Shown here piece by piece: positions 36,591 to 50,300 of a DNA stretch of 64,000 nucleotides; position 1 is the stretch's first letter, and the number at the start of each line of letters is the position of its first letter. The stretch spans positions 8,804,001 through 8,868,000 of the forward strand of contig NC_043016.1 in the NCBI RefSeq assembly GCF_006345805.1, written 5' to 3'. The notes beneath the pieces are model-generated. The model was not told where the DNA came from and ran no database searches. It saw nothing but the letters and a program-made list of their open reading frames with translations. The DNA comes from Octopus sinensis (taxonomy: Eukaryota). Both the position numbers and the translations under genes were made by a program.

Positions 36591-37341
36591 GCAGTGAGCT
36601 GGCAGAATCGTTAGCACACCAGGGCAAAATGCTTGGCAGTATTTCATCTGCCGCTAAGTTCTGAGTTCAAATTCTGCTGAGGTCGACTTTGCCTTCCATC
36701 GTTTCGGGGTCGATACAATAAGTACCAGTTGAACACTGGGGTCGATATAATTGACTATCCTTCCCTCCCCCACCACAATTTCAGGCCTTACACCTATAGT
36801 AGAGAGAATTATTATTGTGACAAGCTGGCAGAATCATTAGCATACCAGACAAAATGCTTGGAAGCATTTCGTCTGTCTTTATGCTCTGAGTTCAAATTAC
36901 TTTGAGGTCGACTTTGCTTTTCATCCTTGTAGGGTTTATAAAATAGGTCAATGTAATCAACCTGCCCCTTCACCCAATTGCTGGCCTTGTGCCAAAATTT
37001 GAAACTTTCTTTTCTTTCTTTCTTTTTCTATTTATCTTTTTTTTTCTTTGTTTTTTTTTTGTCCTTTGAATAAAAAGATTAACATCAAAAGGAATATGAT
37101 AAAATATCTATTTTATTGTTAATATTATATCATGAAATACTTTAGTGTTAAAATTCACGTATGCAAACAATTCTAATAATTCCGTCTTTGCGAGGATCTT
37201 TCTTGAGCTGCAGTAGTACCTTGTGCTGGAAAAATAGTTCTGCCCTTACCACCTGGAAGATATGTGGGTGTGTGTGTGTATATACACACACACACATACA
37301 TAGATGTATATATATATATAAATATATATATATACATGTGA

Positions 37342-37373
<32 letters not shown>

Positions 37374-37409
37374 ATATATACACACATCTATATATATATA
37401 TATATATAG

Positions 37410-37443
<34 letters not shown>

Positions 37444-38199
37444 TCACATGTATATTATATATGTTTGTGTATCTGTATATGTATTCTAAGTGTCGAAATA
37501 TTACTCATAATAAGCCAAAAGGAATCAAATTGAACACAAGTACAACAGAATGTATTTGAAAAAAAAAAAAGAAAAATTAATAATGATAAAATGAATTTTA
37601 AAACAAAAATCATAAATTTATGAAAAAAAGATTTTTTACATGTTTTTAAAAATGCTTCAATTGTTTGGGCTAATTTTTTTTTTTTTTCAACAGTGGGGGT
37701 TCGGGGGATAAAGTACAAGCTAACAGCTTGATAAAACCATCAAGGGAAATATATTTATATTTTGTATATTTTTTTTAAAAGCTTTGAATATTGAGCTTTC
37801 AAAACACCTTGCTACCATCACTGCGGAGCTTTTTTTTTCCTACTTACTGCACACAACTTTTTATTTTACTGTATTTCATCCACATGTTTTGAAAGATATT
37901 ATTTTTGTTTTTGTTATTTATCCACTGGTTAACTCTGAACAAGAACTTTTTACAAAAATTTTATTCCAGCGATTCATGTCTTTAGTTTTTGTTTGTTTTT
38001 TGTTGTTTTTTTTCTAACAAGTCATTTTGTAATCAAGACATTGCATAATGCTTCCTTCCCCTCATTTTTTGAAAAAGAAAATAACTGATTTGAGTAAATT
38101 TTGACTACTATTTTTGGCAAATCAAATGACCACAAGCAGAGTCCTTTTTTCTTTCTTTTTTTTTTCATTCTCTTACTGGATGTGGAGGAATGGACATTG

Positions 38200-38465
38200 C
38201 TCGTGATTTTTACAAGCTGTTCTAGTCTGATGAAAGTGATAACATTACTAGTCAGTACCACCTGACTTGCCCTCGTGCCGGTGGCATTTAAAAGCACCCA
38301 CTACCCTCTCAGAGTGGTTGGCATTAGGAAGGGCCTCCAGCTGTAGAAACTCTGCCAGATCAAGAGTGGAGTCTGGTGCAGCCATCTCGTTCGCCAGTCC
38401 TCAGTCAAATCGTTTGGCCCTTGCTAGCATGGAAAGTGGACATTAAACGATAATGACGATGATGA
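38200..38465 (+). mobile_element. RTE family C tail copy
   Basis: Same tail motif, ending in (GAT/GAC)n. Confidence 0.75.
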
Positions 38466-38674
38466 GTTGTTTTGAGCCTTTATAAGTCAACACCTTGCAT
38501 GAAAGAGATGGGAGGAAATTCCAGAAGTCCAGTATTCTGGGAAGGAATGACTAGGCATTACGACGACTAGTGCAAGGCTTGTGAGGAGAAGGGTTGGGAG
38601 TTGACTCAACAAAAGCAATGAGAAGAGGAAAGATAAGACAGGGATGCCTGAGTAGAAGTGCAATGTACAACAAT

Positions 38675-39129
38675 CATCATTGTTCGACTGTGAAATTTAC
38701 TATGTTACGCCAGACTTCACAGTCCATCATAGCATTATGGAGGTCCTGTTGCTGGATGCCTGTATCCCTGGAGATTACATCAGTGTAGGAGAGTGTATGC
38801 CCTCTGTTATCGCGAGCAGATGGCTTCCAGAGGAGAAGAGTAGAAATTACCTCGTTTTCAGCTCTACACCAATGTCCAGCAAACTGATATGCATAAGATC
38901 TGGTCATCAAATCTAAGTAGAGATTTCAAACTTAAAATCTTCAAAGCCATAGTCAAACCAATTCTACTACATGGCTCAGAAACCTGGACATTATCAAAGA
39001 AGCTTGAGAGGCGGTTGGATGGAACTTATACTCGACTCCTTATGAGAACTCAAAATCTCTCATGAAAGCGTCATCCAACCAAAGTAGAAATATATGGGAA
39101 ATTACCTCCTGTATCATCTCTTGTGAAAG
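38675..39129 (-). mobile_element. 5'-inverted RTE family D insertion with 10-bp TSD
   Basis: TSD GTACAACAAT at 38665-38674 and 39130-39139; compared with the uninverted copy at 8627-9135. Confidence 0.85.
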
Positions 39130-40544
39130 GTACAACAATTCTAATAGCATGATTTAATACCAAACTTGACAGCTTATTAGACACATTTTTTCTCCCAGAG
39201 AATCAATGTATATACATTTTATAGATACATAGGTGGCATTTGAGTAACTTTCAAAAGATGAATGGAGAAATAGCTTACCAAAACACAGCCTTGTCTTTTA
39301 AACTCATAGAATTTATATAAGGCGGCGAGATGGCAGAAACTTTAGAGCGCCGGGCAAAATGCTTAGCGGTATTTCGTCTGCTGCTACATTCTGAGTTCAA
39401 ATTCTGCTGAGGTTGACTTTGCCTTTCATCTTTCGGGGTTGATAAATTAAGTACCAGTTACGCACTGGGATCGATGTACTCAACTTAATCCCTTGTCTGT
39501 CCCCTCTATGTTTAGCCCCTTGTGGGCAATAAAGAAATAAGAATTTATTGAACAGTTGGGGGCAAACTACAGTTTGTGGCCCTTTCTGAATGGCACATCT
39601 AATGAAAAATTACCTTCAATTTTTTTTATAGTAGTGCAGACTACTTGAGGATAAACCATGTCTCATGTGACCTATTTCTAAAGAATGGTTGCCCATGCCT
39701 GTTTTAGACCATCAGATATAGCTGGTTAGTCTGCATTTCTCTCTAAGGAGTACAGGGCTGGTTTCTCTGGCATATATATTCCTCCCTGTGTGGGACAACA
39801 ATCCATCACAGGATTACTCATTTTTAAAACCAACTGAGAGGACTGAAGCAACATAAAATGAAGTGTTTTGCTCAAGAACACTACACATCACTCAGTCTTG
39901 GAATCGAAACCACAATCTTACATTAGATATAGTGCTACACGCATATACACTCACACACCGTTTCTTTAGGAAGTTTCTACATAGTCAATTGATGTGGAGG
40001 GCATAAATAAATCATCCTCAAATCATACCCTGTCATCTGAAAAAAAAAAAAAGAATGGTAGGATACATTATAGGATGCAGTCCTTACATGGCTAAAAAGA
40101 TGGTTTGGTCATGGCTGGAATGATTTTGGTCATATGGCTTCTTTTTGTAGTTGATCTTTGGTTAAACAATAATAAGTACTTCAAATACATACACATAATA
40201 CTAATATACTCACAACACACACCGTGTCTCCAGCAGGATATAAAACTTATAACCTAAATACTGCCTTATCTTTGGAACACATAGTGTGTGTGTATGAGTG
40301 TATGTGTGAATATATGTGTATGAATATATATATACATATGTATATAGATGCATATATGTAAAAATATATATGTATATAAAATTTCTTTTCAGTTTTACAT
40401 ACAAATTTTTCCATTTGTTCTCTGCATAAGAAAATTAACTTTGTAAGACAATTTACAATTGAAAATAAGGCATTTGTTTTACATAAAGGATTTTTACCAA
40501 GATAAAGCTTTTGTATTCCAAGAATGTAAATACATACATACAAA

Positions 40545-40902
40545 CATGTATGTACACACACACACATATATATATATACATACACATATATATACATATA
40601 TATACATATATATGCTTGTATATATGTGTGTATGTGTATATATATATATATATGTATGTATGTGTATATATATATATATGTATGTGTATATATATATATA
40701 TGTATGTGTATATATATATATGTATGTGTATATATATATATATATATATGTGTGTATATATATATATGTATGTGTATATATATATATGCGTGTATATATA
40801 TGTGTGTATATATATATATGTGTATATATATATATGCGTGTATATATATGTGTGTATATATATATATGTGTGTGCATGCATATATATATATATGTATATA
40901 TA
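40545..40902. repeat. Compound TA/TG microsatellite
   Basis: Directly visible. Confidence 0.95.
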
Positions 40903-41774
40903 ACAAGTTAATTTAAAAAATGAATTTTAGAGAAGAGAAGAAAAAAAAACACCCATGGGTTCTTTATTTTATTCTGAATGTAAATTTTCCAGTGGTAATT
41001 CTTTTATTATTTATTGGAAAACTTTTCTACATTTTTATTTTTATTTTTTAAAATGTGATTTTCCAATCTTTTCTTTAATTAATAATAGTATATATCTCCC
41101 GACCATTTTGTTTTGTACTTTTTTTTTTTTTCAATAAATGCACCAAATTAAAGTCTATCATATATTCAATTGTTGTTGTTGTTGTTGTTTATTGCATGGT
41201 TATTTTATTATGTTCTTGTTTTCTTATATACTAAATTGAAGAATGGTTTGATTGGGAAACATCAAGCAGAAAAATTTTCTCATGTTAACTAACTATGTAA
41301 ACATATATATATATATATGGCAAAGAAAGAGCAATATTAATTGTAAAGAGTGAGGGTTAATCTTGAGAACAATGGTATCAACAATTGAAATAATAAAATA
41401 TTATGGTTGGACTTAGAATTTGTCAAGTGTTACATCAAAAAGTGTCTTCTCTTACAGCCCTGGGCTAACTGAAGTCTTACAAATGGATTTCGCAGAAAGT
41501 AATTGAAAGTACATAAGTCTAAGTGGAAATTAACACTTATATATATTGTTTATCTTCTACTAAGGGGGCGAGCTGGCAGAAACGTTAGCACGCCTGGTGA
41601 AATGTGTAGCTGTATTTCGTCTGCCATTACATTCTGAGTTCAAATTCTGCCGAGGTCGACTTTGCCTTTCATCCTTTTGGGGGTCAATGTAATCGACTTA
41701 ATCCGTTTATCTTTTCTTGTTTGTCCCCTCTCTGTTTAGCCCCTTGTGGGCAGTAAAGAAATATATATTGTTTA

Positions 41775-42120
41775 TCTTCTACTTGTTTCAGTCATTAGAC
41801 TGCAGCCATACTGGAGCACCTCCTTGAAGAATTTCTGCTCAAATGAATTGACCCCAGTACTTTTTTTTTCTTTAAGCCTGGTATTTATTCTATCATTCTC
41901 TTTTGCTGAACTGCTAAGTTACAGGAATGTATACACACTAACGCTGGTTGTCAAGCAGTGGTTGGGGACAAAAACACATATGCGACAAGCTTCTTTCAGT
42001 TTCCATCTACCAAACCCACTCGCTAGCCTTTGGTCAGCCTGAAGCTATAGTAGAAGACACTTGCCCAAGGTGCCATGAGGTGAAACTGAACCTGAGAGCA
42101 ATCTTCCTACCACACAGCCA
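41775..42120 (-). mobile_element. SINE family A, degenerate
   Basis: Aligns to other copies. Confidence 0.7.
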
Positions 42121-42335
42121 TATTTATGTATATAGTACATAAAAGAAATTAAAATCTGAGCTGTGTCCACTGGAAGCCCTTCCTTCCAAATGTATGTCCA
42201 GGCAGGTTTTATTTTTAAGAAGAAAACTATACATGCCAGCTGAAATTCCAGGTCAGATATATTAGTCAAATAATGTTTTCATTAAATTAAAGTGAAATTT
42301 ACAGTGATATTTTAAATTTTATATATATATATATA

Positions 42336-42568
42336 CCGGAGTAAACACATAAATGTGAAACAAGGTGGAAAAAAGAGTACTCAAATACCAGGGGTAGAGT
42401 AATATGCTTTATTTAAAAGCAGCAGAAATTCAACAAAACCTGTTACTTGGAGTTTCACGTTCCCGTTCGTCAGACAGTTTTTTTAACAAAGCTGTCCGAT
42501 GAACAGGAACGTGAAACTCCGAGTAACAGGTTTTGTTGAATTTCTGCTGCTTTTAAATAAAGTATATT
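42336..42568 (-). mobile_element. F1 element with about 75-bp inverted duplication of its hammerhead end
   Basis: Hammerhead core intact on minus (42440-42477) and decayed on plus (42492-42529, CCGATGA). Confidence 0.8.
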
Positions 42569-42574
42569 ATATAT

Positions 42575-42968
42575 ATGTATATATATAGAGAGCAGAAGTT
42601 GTCTGTATGTGACAGGTTTGGTAGCCTTCAACTAACACTATCTCCTCCGAGACCCTGCAGCGCAAGTTGACCAAAATTGAGAGTATGATAGAAGAAGGTT
42701 TGCTCTTTATTCCATAGAAGATAAAATTCAAATCGGACTATGTTAAGACCAAAAATTATTTACATCAAAAAGGTACTTTTTTTTCTATGAAAATCTCTAT
42801 TTTTTACGATTTTTTTACTGCTGTGTCGCCACTTTTCAGTGTATTTCAACCAGAAAAATGTTCACTTAAAGAGAATAACAAGCTACATAATGCAAAATTT
42901 TTACTTTTCAAAAATTCCAATTCTAAAGGGTCAAAACAAACTCGAGCAATGCCGGGCAATACTGCTAG
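42575..42968 (+). mobile_element. Non-autonomous Helitron
   Basis: 3' hairpin CTCGAGCAATGCCGGG and CTAG|T terminus; 5' TC eroded into the TA tract. Confidence 0.65.
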
Positions 42969-43266
42969 TATATATATATATATATATGCACACACACACG
43001 TACACACAGGTGATCATATAAGTGCAAAACAAGATGGAAAAAATAGTACTCGAATTCCAAATGTAGAGTAATATGCTTTTTATTAAAGCTGCAAAATTAC
43101 TGTAGAACTGTTACTCAGAATTTCATGTTCCTGTACATCAGGAATTGTATGTTCTGGGTTCTATCCCACTGCATGGCACCTTGGGCAAGTGTCTTCTACT
43201 ATAGCCTCGGGCTGACCAAAGCCTGTGAGTGGATTTGGTAGATGTGGAAACTGAAAGAAGCCCATC

Positions 43267-43311
<45 letters not shown>

Positions 43312-43599
43312 AATCCAAAGGGAAAACAAAAAAAACAACAACAATGGAACAATTACAGTATTATTATTAATAGGCGCTCAGGAAATGGAAGCAGGAAGGT
43401 ATGACGTGTCGAGCGGAGCTCTTCGTCGGAACATAAAGAAGGAAGAGAGAGGAAAGAAAGATCCCAAAGCTGGCCAACAGGGGATAGAGAAAAAAAAAAA
43501 CGACTGGTGTTTACGAGTTACACATGGTGAAAGGCGGAAGTTTACGATAACAAAAAGAGCAAAGTAGGTTTTTAAAGCCAAAAGAGTGGAGACAAGGTT

Positions 43600-46075
43600 G
43601 GTAACGCAACAGATGTGTGTGTATGTGTGAGTGTGTGCTGTGAGTGTGTGTGTATGTGTGTGTGTGAGGCGAGATAAAAAACAAAAAATATATGTATGTG
43701 TTAGTGTGTGCGTCTGTGTGAGGTAGGGCGAGACAGTGGTAGGCATAGCAGACAGTGGTCAGTAGTAAGAAAAAGAAGGAAGGAGGAAGGGAGGGAGGGG
43801 AAGGGGTGGGGGCGTATGTAGCGTGCCAGTGTGTGTTGAGTAGTAGTGTGTGTGTGTGTCCAGTGTCGTGGTAGTATTAATGGCGAGTAGATTGAATGTG
43901 TGTAAGAGTAATGTATATATTTAAGCAATGTGTGCGCGTGTGTGTAACAAAAAAGGGGGGGTTAAGGAAAAAGGACTCCAGCTGAGGGGAAGATGGAAGA
44001 GTGGTCCCGCGGAGACGGGCGTGGGAAAACCCAACGACAAGCGACGGTCCCAGGAACGAGCGGGAGGTCTCGTCGGGTCCAAGAGCGAGGTGCATGAGGC
44101 GCATATGCGTGCGCGAACCGGCGCAAGCGTGTGTGTGCGTGCGCCTGCGAGTATGCGCGTAAGTATGTATGTGTGTGGATGTGTGAGTGTGTCTGTGTGT
44201 ATGTCTGGGTGTCAGTGTGTCCGATGAATGTATGTGAGTATGTGTGTATATATGTGTGTGCATAGATGTATGTCGTGTGTGTGTGTATGTGTATGAGTGT
44301 GTATGTATGTACGTGTGGTGTGTGTGTGGAAGTGTGTGTATGTGCATGTGTGTGCGCGTACATACAGGTGTGTGAGTGAGTGTGTGTGTGTGTATGTATG
44401 TGTGAGTGTGTAGTATGTGTGTAGGATGCATGTATGTGTATGGGTGTATGTATGTGTGTGTGTATGTATGTATGTGTACGTGCGTGTGTATGCGTGTAGG
44501 TGTGCGCGTGTGCATGCATGCATGTGTGTGTGTGTGCATGTGTGTGGGTATATATGTATGTGCGTATATGTGTGTGTATGTGAGTACATGTGTGTGTGTG
44601 TATGTAGGCGTGTGTGTATAGGTGTATGTATGGGTGTGTCCATGTATGTGTGTGTATGTAGGTGTGTGGGCGTGTGTATATGTGTGTGTATGTAGGTGTG
44701 TGGGCGTGTGTATATAGGTGTATGTATGTATGTCTGGGTGTGTCCGTGCATGTTTGTGTGTGTGTGTGTGTATGCATGTGTATGTAGGTATGTGTGTACG
44801 TGTGTATGCGTGCGTGTGTGGGAGTGTAGGTGTGTGTGTGCGTGTGCGTGTTTATGTTGGTGTGTGCGTATGTGAGTGTGAGTGTATGGGTGTTTGTCAT
44901 GCATGTGTGTGCGCGTGCAGGTGAGTGTATGTGTAAGTATGTGTGTGTGTATGTTTGTGTGAGTGTGTATGTCTGTGTGTATCTATGTGTGTATAGGAGT
45001 ATGTAGGTATGTGTGTGTGTATGTGTATGGGTGTATGTATGTATGTGTGTGCATGTGTATAAGTATATGTGTGTGTGCGTATGTGTGTGTATGTGTATGT
45101 GTGTAGGCGTGTGTGTGTAGATGTATGTATGTATGGGTGTGTGTCTGTGTGTGTTTGTGTGTGTGTAGGTAGGTGTGTGTGTCTGAGTGAGGGTATGGCT
45201 GTGTAGGTGTGTGTGTGTATGAATGTAAGTGTGTGTGTGTACAAGTGTAATGTATGTATGTAGGTGTGTGTGTATGTGTACGTGTGTATGTGTGTGTGTG
45301 TATGTGTGTGAGTGTGAGTGTATGGGTGTATGTCTGTGTGTGTATGTCCGAAGTAGGTATGTGTGTGTATGTATGTATGTGTGTGCGGGTATGTGTGTGT
45401 GTGTGTATGTGTGTGTGTGAGTAGGTGTGCGTGTATGTATGTGGGTAGGGATGCATGCGAGTGTGTGGGTATGTATGCATACATACGCACGCGCACATCC
45501 GAAGCAAGCCCACACACACGAAGCGCGCTCACGCACACAACGCACAAGCAGTACAACGCAAGCCCAAGGGGCCGACCAAGCCCCCAGCGCGTGCCAAGGC
45601 GCGCAAGCGCAAAGGTCCTCGAACGCCCCGCTACACGGGAACCAAGGATCCATCAGCCAAAACCGGAAAGCAGAAAAGAGGGGGGGCTGCCTGGATGCAA
45701 AAAGGTGTATGTGTGTGTGCATTCAGTGTAAGGGTGTGCATGTGTGGGTATGTATGTGTGTGCCTACATGTATGTGTGCATGTGTGTGTGTGTGAAGTAT
45801 GTACGTGCGGTGTGTGTGTGTATATGTATGTGCGTATGTATGTGTGTATGTATGTGTGTATGTATGTCTGTGTGTGTGTGTGTAAGTATGTATGTGCGTG
45901 TGTATGTATGTATGTGTGTGTGTATGTGCATGTTGGTTTGTATGTTAGTGTGTGCATGTATGTCTATAAGTGTGTGTGATTAAATGTGTGAATGTATGTA
46001 CGTAGATGGGTCTACGTATGTGTGTGTGTGAACAGGCGTGTGGGAGGTAGGTGGGTGTGGTGTGTGTGGGTGGTG
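43600..46075. repeat. 2.5-kb irregular (TG)-rich low-complexity block with two GC-rich islands
   Basis: Directly visible; source of the H/T-rich 586-aa ORF. Confidence 0.9.
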
Positions 46076-46099
46076 TATCCGGGAAAAAACAAAAAAAGA

Positions 46100-47331
46100 A
46101 AAGCGGATCTCAAGAGGAGGGGGCTGTGTTAAGTCCGTGGGGGTGGTAGTTGTGTAGGGTGAAGATGTAGCGTTGCTCAAGTGGAGCCTGGAAAGTGGGC
46201 GACCATTGGGGGGGCGAGACCAAACACTGAGATGTCATCTAGGGATGGCCGGGAGCGGAAGTGGCGTGCGACGAGAAAAAGAGTGTAGGCGAACGTCCTT
46301 CAAGTGTTCAGTGAAACGGTCGGACACCGGCGTCCCGTCTGTCCTACATACAGCATCCCGCATAGGTTGCATTTAATGCAGTAAATAAGGCCAGAGAGTG
46401 CACGTAAAAGAGTGCCTAATGCGTACAGTATGCTGGTTGGAGCCGGTGACAGCGGTGGTGTTGGTGATGAAGGGGCAAGTGTTGCAGCGGGATCTAGAGC
46501 AAGGAATGATCCGTGTGGGGCTGAGGGGGAAGGAGAGAGGGTGCTGTGGACCAGGAGGTCACAAGATTGCGGGCTCGTTTGAAAGAGGACAGGGGTGGGT
46601 TAGGGAAAATGGGGCGGGTGGTGGGATCAAGCTGGAGGCGACGGAAGGCACGTAGTATCTTGCGACGAAGGGGTAGGGTAGAGGGGTGGAAAAGGAGGGG
46701 GAAGGGGGTGCGGTTGGGGGGTGGGCGGGGGGAAGGAGACAGGGCGGTAGTGCGGTCGATGCGACGGGCGCGGGTGAGGGCATCAGAGAGGAGTATGGGT
46801 GGGTACCTCGGAGTCTGAACATGCGGGCCAGGTATTGAGATTGGGTCTCGAAATCCTGGTCACAGCTGCACAAACGTCGGAGCGGAGGAACTGGGAGTAG
46901 GGGATGGCTCGTTTGGTGGGAAGGAGTGGGAGGAAGAGAAGTTGAGATAGAGGTGGGAATCCGTAGGTTTAAAAAAGAAGCGGTGGTGGTGAAGAGTTTG
47001 AGGGGTGATCGATGCGGAGAGAGATGTCAAGGAAGTTGACAGAGGTGTTGGAGATGGTGGAGGTGAATTGAAGAGAGGGGTGAAAGTTGGAAAGGAAAGA
47101 GATGAATTGGCAGAGAAGTTCACGGGAAAGGAGGTGGCACCTACGCAGTCGTCGATATAGCGACCGTATAGTTCGGGGGTCGGCCCAGAGAACTGGGAGA
47201 ACCTTGGGCCTCAATGTAGCCAAGAAGAGATTGGCGAAATTGGGGCCCATCCTAGTTCCCATCGCGACCCCGGACAGCTGTTGGTACGTTTCCCCGGCAA
47301 ACGTGAAGCAATTGAGGGTGAGGACGAGCTC
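46100..47331 (-). mobile_element. Penelope-like retroelement, 5'-truncated RT plus GIY-YIG endonuclease, frameshifted
   Basis: LVLTLNCFTF..YQQLSGVAMGTRMGPNFANLF, NFHPSLQFT..VNFLDI, FKPTDSHLYLNFSSSH, LYVGQTGRR..RFTEHLKDV, EQRYIFTL..HPHGLN. Confidence 0.9.
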
Positions 47332-47334
47332 ATA

Positions 47335-47555
47335 TATATATGTGTGTGTGTTTGTTCCCCCCCCCCCAACATCACTTGACATGTGATGTTGGTGTGTTTA
47401 CATCCCCGTAACTTAGCGGTTCGGCAAAAAGATACCGATAGAATAAGTACTAGGCTTACAAAGAATAAGTCCTGGGGTCGATTTGCTCGACTGAAAGGTG
47501 GTGCTCCAGCATGGCCACAGTCAAATGACTGAAACAGGTAAAAGAATAAAAGAAT
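47335..47555 (+). mobile_element. 3' half of SINE family A (5' half at 43150-43268)
   Basis: The two halves are collinear and separated by the PLE block. Confidence 0.75.
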
Positions 47556-48187
47556 ATGTATATCCTTTTACTTGTTTCTGTCATTGGACTTAGGCCATGT
47601 TGGGGCACTGTCTTCAAGGACTTAGTCAAAGAAATCAATAACAGACAAAGACTTAGACAGATTCATTCACATACTCATGTAAGTATATATATGGTTCAAA
47701 ATTGTACAAAAAGAAAACAGAATCAGAAGACAGAGGCAAGTCAGGGAACAACAAAGGTATATTCGTTTGATGCTCAGGAAAACTGGAAGAGATTTTGAAG
47801 TTTTGAGCCCACACTCTTCGATGGAAACAAATGAAGAAAGATAACAAAGAGAGGGAAAAAAACTATGTCAGGAAAAAATCACATGAATGTGTATATAAAT
47901 ATATTGATATATTTATGTGTGGTGGTGTTGGTGTATGTACATATATATCTTAATCTATATCATCTATCTATCTATATATATATATATATATACCGGAGTA
48001 AACACATAAATGTGAAACAAGGTGGAAAAATGAGTACTCAAATACCAGAGGTAGAGTAATATGCTTTATTTAAAAGCAGCAGAAATTTAACACGACAAAC
48101 GGGAGCCTGAAACCCGAGTAACAGCTTTTGTTAAATTTCTGCTGCTTTTAAATAAAGTATATATATATATCTATATCTATCTATCTA

Positions 48188-48238
<51 letters not shown>

Positions 48239-48249
48239 ATATATATATA

Positions 48250-48303
<54 letters not shown>

Positions 48304-48526
48304 ATATATATAATATAGGTGCAGTCATGGCTGTGTGGTAAGAAACTTCCTTTCCAACCACATGGTTCTGGTTTCAATCCCACTGCATGGCACCTTGGCA
48401 AGTGTCTTCTACTATAGCCTCAGGTCAACAAAAGCCTTGTAACTGGATTTGGTTGATGGAACTGAAAGAAGCCCATCATATATATGTGTGTGTGTGTGTA
48501 TTTGTTCCTACCACTGATTGACAACC

Positions 48527-49003
48527 AGTCAATGATTTCCCTTCATGGTGGAATTAATAGTCAAGACTATTTAAGCATTTTATCTGATCAAATTCATCCT
48601 ATGGTTGTGGAACTGTTTCCAGAAGGAAACGCAATCTTTCAGGATGATAATGCACCAATTCACACAGCTAAAGTTGTTACTGAATGGCACAAAGAACATT
48701 CTAGTGAAGTTAAACATCTTATCTGGCCACCACAGTCCCCAGATCTCAGTATTATTGAACATTTGTGGTGCATTTTAGAAAAACAAGTAAGGAGTTGATA
48801 TCCTCCACCATCATCACTACAAGAACTGGAGACTGTTTTGGCTGAAGAATGGACAAAAGTTTCATTAGAAATAATTCTGACTTTGTACGAGTCCACACCT
48901 CATAGAATTCAAGCTGTAATTACTGCCAAAGGTGGTCCTGCCCCATATTAAAATAAATTGGCTTGAAATTTTTGGGTGCTTCCATTATTTTGTCCAACTC
49001 CTG
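48527..49003 (+). mobile_element. Tc1-like (DD34E-type) transposase 3' fragment with right TIR
   Basis: IFQDDNAPIH...WPPQSPDLSIIEHLW; in-frame stop; ends CTG|TA. Confidence 0.9.
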
Positions 49004-49764
49004 TATATGCAACAGGCTTTCACACAGTTTCTGCCTATCAAATTCTCACACAAGACATGGATCAGTAGAAGACACATATCTAAGTTGGTATGTTATAGGA
49101 CTGAAACTACTTGGCTGCAAACAAGGTTCTTAACTATGCCTATATCTTACCCTTTCTTCCATTATTTATTTATTTATTTTCCATTAAAAGTTTATAAATA
49201 TTTAGAAACTGTACGTAGATATCAACAATATTTAGTAATATCAAGTACCAAACTTCCTTTTAATATGAACTAAATGAACTGAAAGCATGCCTTTTGTCTA
49301 AATTAAATACCAAAGATTGAAGCATGAAGAACATGAGTTACTGAAGACCAAAAAAATATGGTAATATCAATTATTTACTATTTGCTTGTTATCACAAATG
49401 AATATTTATATATTTTTAATGATTTTGTAGAAATTGCCAATTACCAATATTATGTAGGCTTCTTGAAAAACATATGTCTCTAGCTGCCATTTCTAAAAAT
49501 ATAGTCACCATTGGTTAATTACTGTTAGTTCCCTTGGCAGTTCTCACTAAGGAATAGCCCTGTTTCTAGCAGTGTCAGACTGCCACTGTATGTTCCCTTT
49601 TCTCGCTATGTCAACAAAGACAAACTCAATGTCAAACTTAGAGTGTTGCTGTGTGTTCCCATAATGATTTGTTGTTGCTGTTTAGTCTCTGGTCGACCAT
49701 GATCAAACAGCAGCTTCCCTCAAAATACGATCCTCTGACTACAATGCATTTGTTGTAGTACTCT

Positions 49765-50300
49765 AGCCACATTGTGAAGGCCCCTATGGAAGCCCTCCAA
49801 AGGGAAGGTTTCCAGGATTTATGTCACAACCTCCTTCAAAGTCTGGACTCTGGGGGAAATGAGGAACAGTTTTGATGCCCATCTCTGTCAAATAGTTTGT
49901 TACCAGGACGGAACTGAAGACTGGTATATTGTCCTAGTACAGGCACTCTGGCCTTTTGCAAGGAAATTTCTTCCAGAACTCTCTCAAAACCTACACAATG
50001 TACTCTTTGTTGACCATCTGCCCACAGGGAATCTAGTGAAGGTAGATGATACTTGCTGTCAAAAATGGAGATCATTATGAGCTTCCTAGTGGTCTTGCGT
50101 TGCATGGCCTCTTATGCCAATGAAAAACAGATATTTGGCTCATATAAGTTAATCCATAAGCAGTTTAGACTGCCATTGTAAACAGCTTTTAGTGGCTAAC
50201 TCTTCCTGCTTCATAAGGAGACATGTTTTTTCTGCCATAGTGAAGGAAGATAACATGTAGGAAATAGATCATACTGAACAAACTCCGTATTACATGCAAA
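49765..50300 (-). mobile_element. Highly degraded mariner transposase
   Basis: MISIFDSK, EMGIKTVPH..SPD, WLEYYNKCIVVRGSYFEG across frameshifts. Confidence 0.65.

Noticed and set aside
43962-45722. 586-aa His/Thr-rich ORF
   Set aside because: It is the (CA)n strand of the low-complexity block; no domain content.
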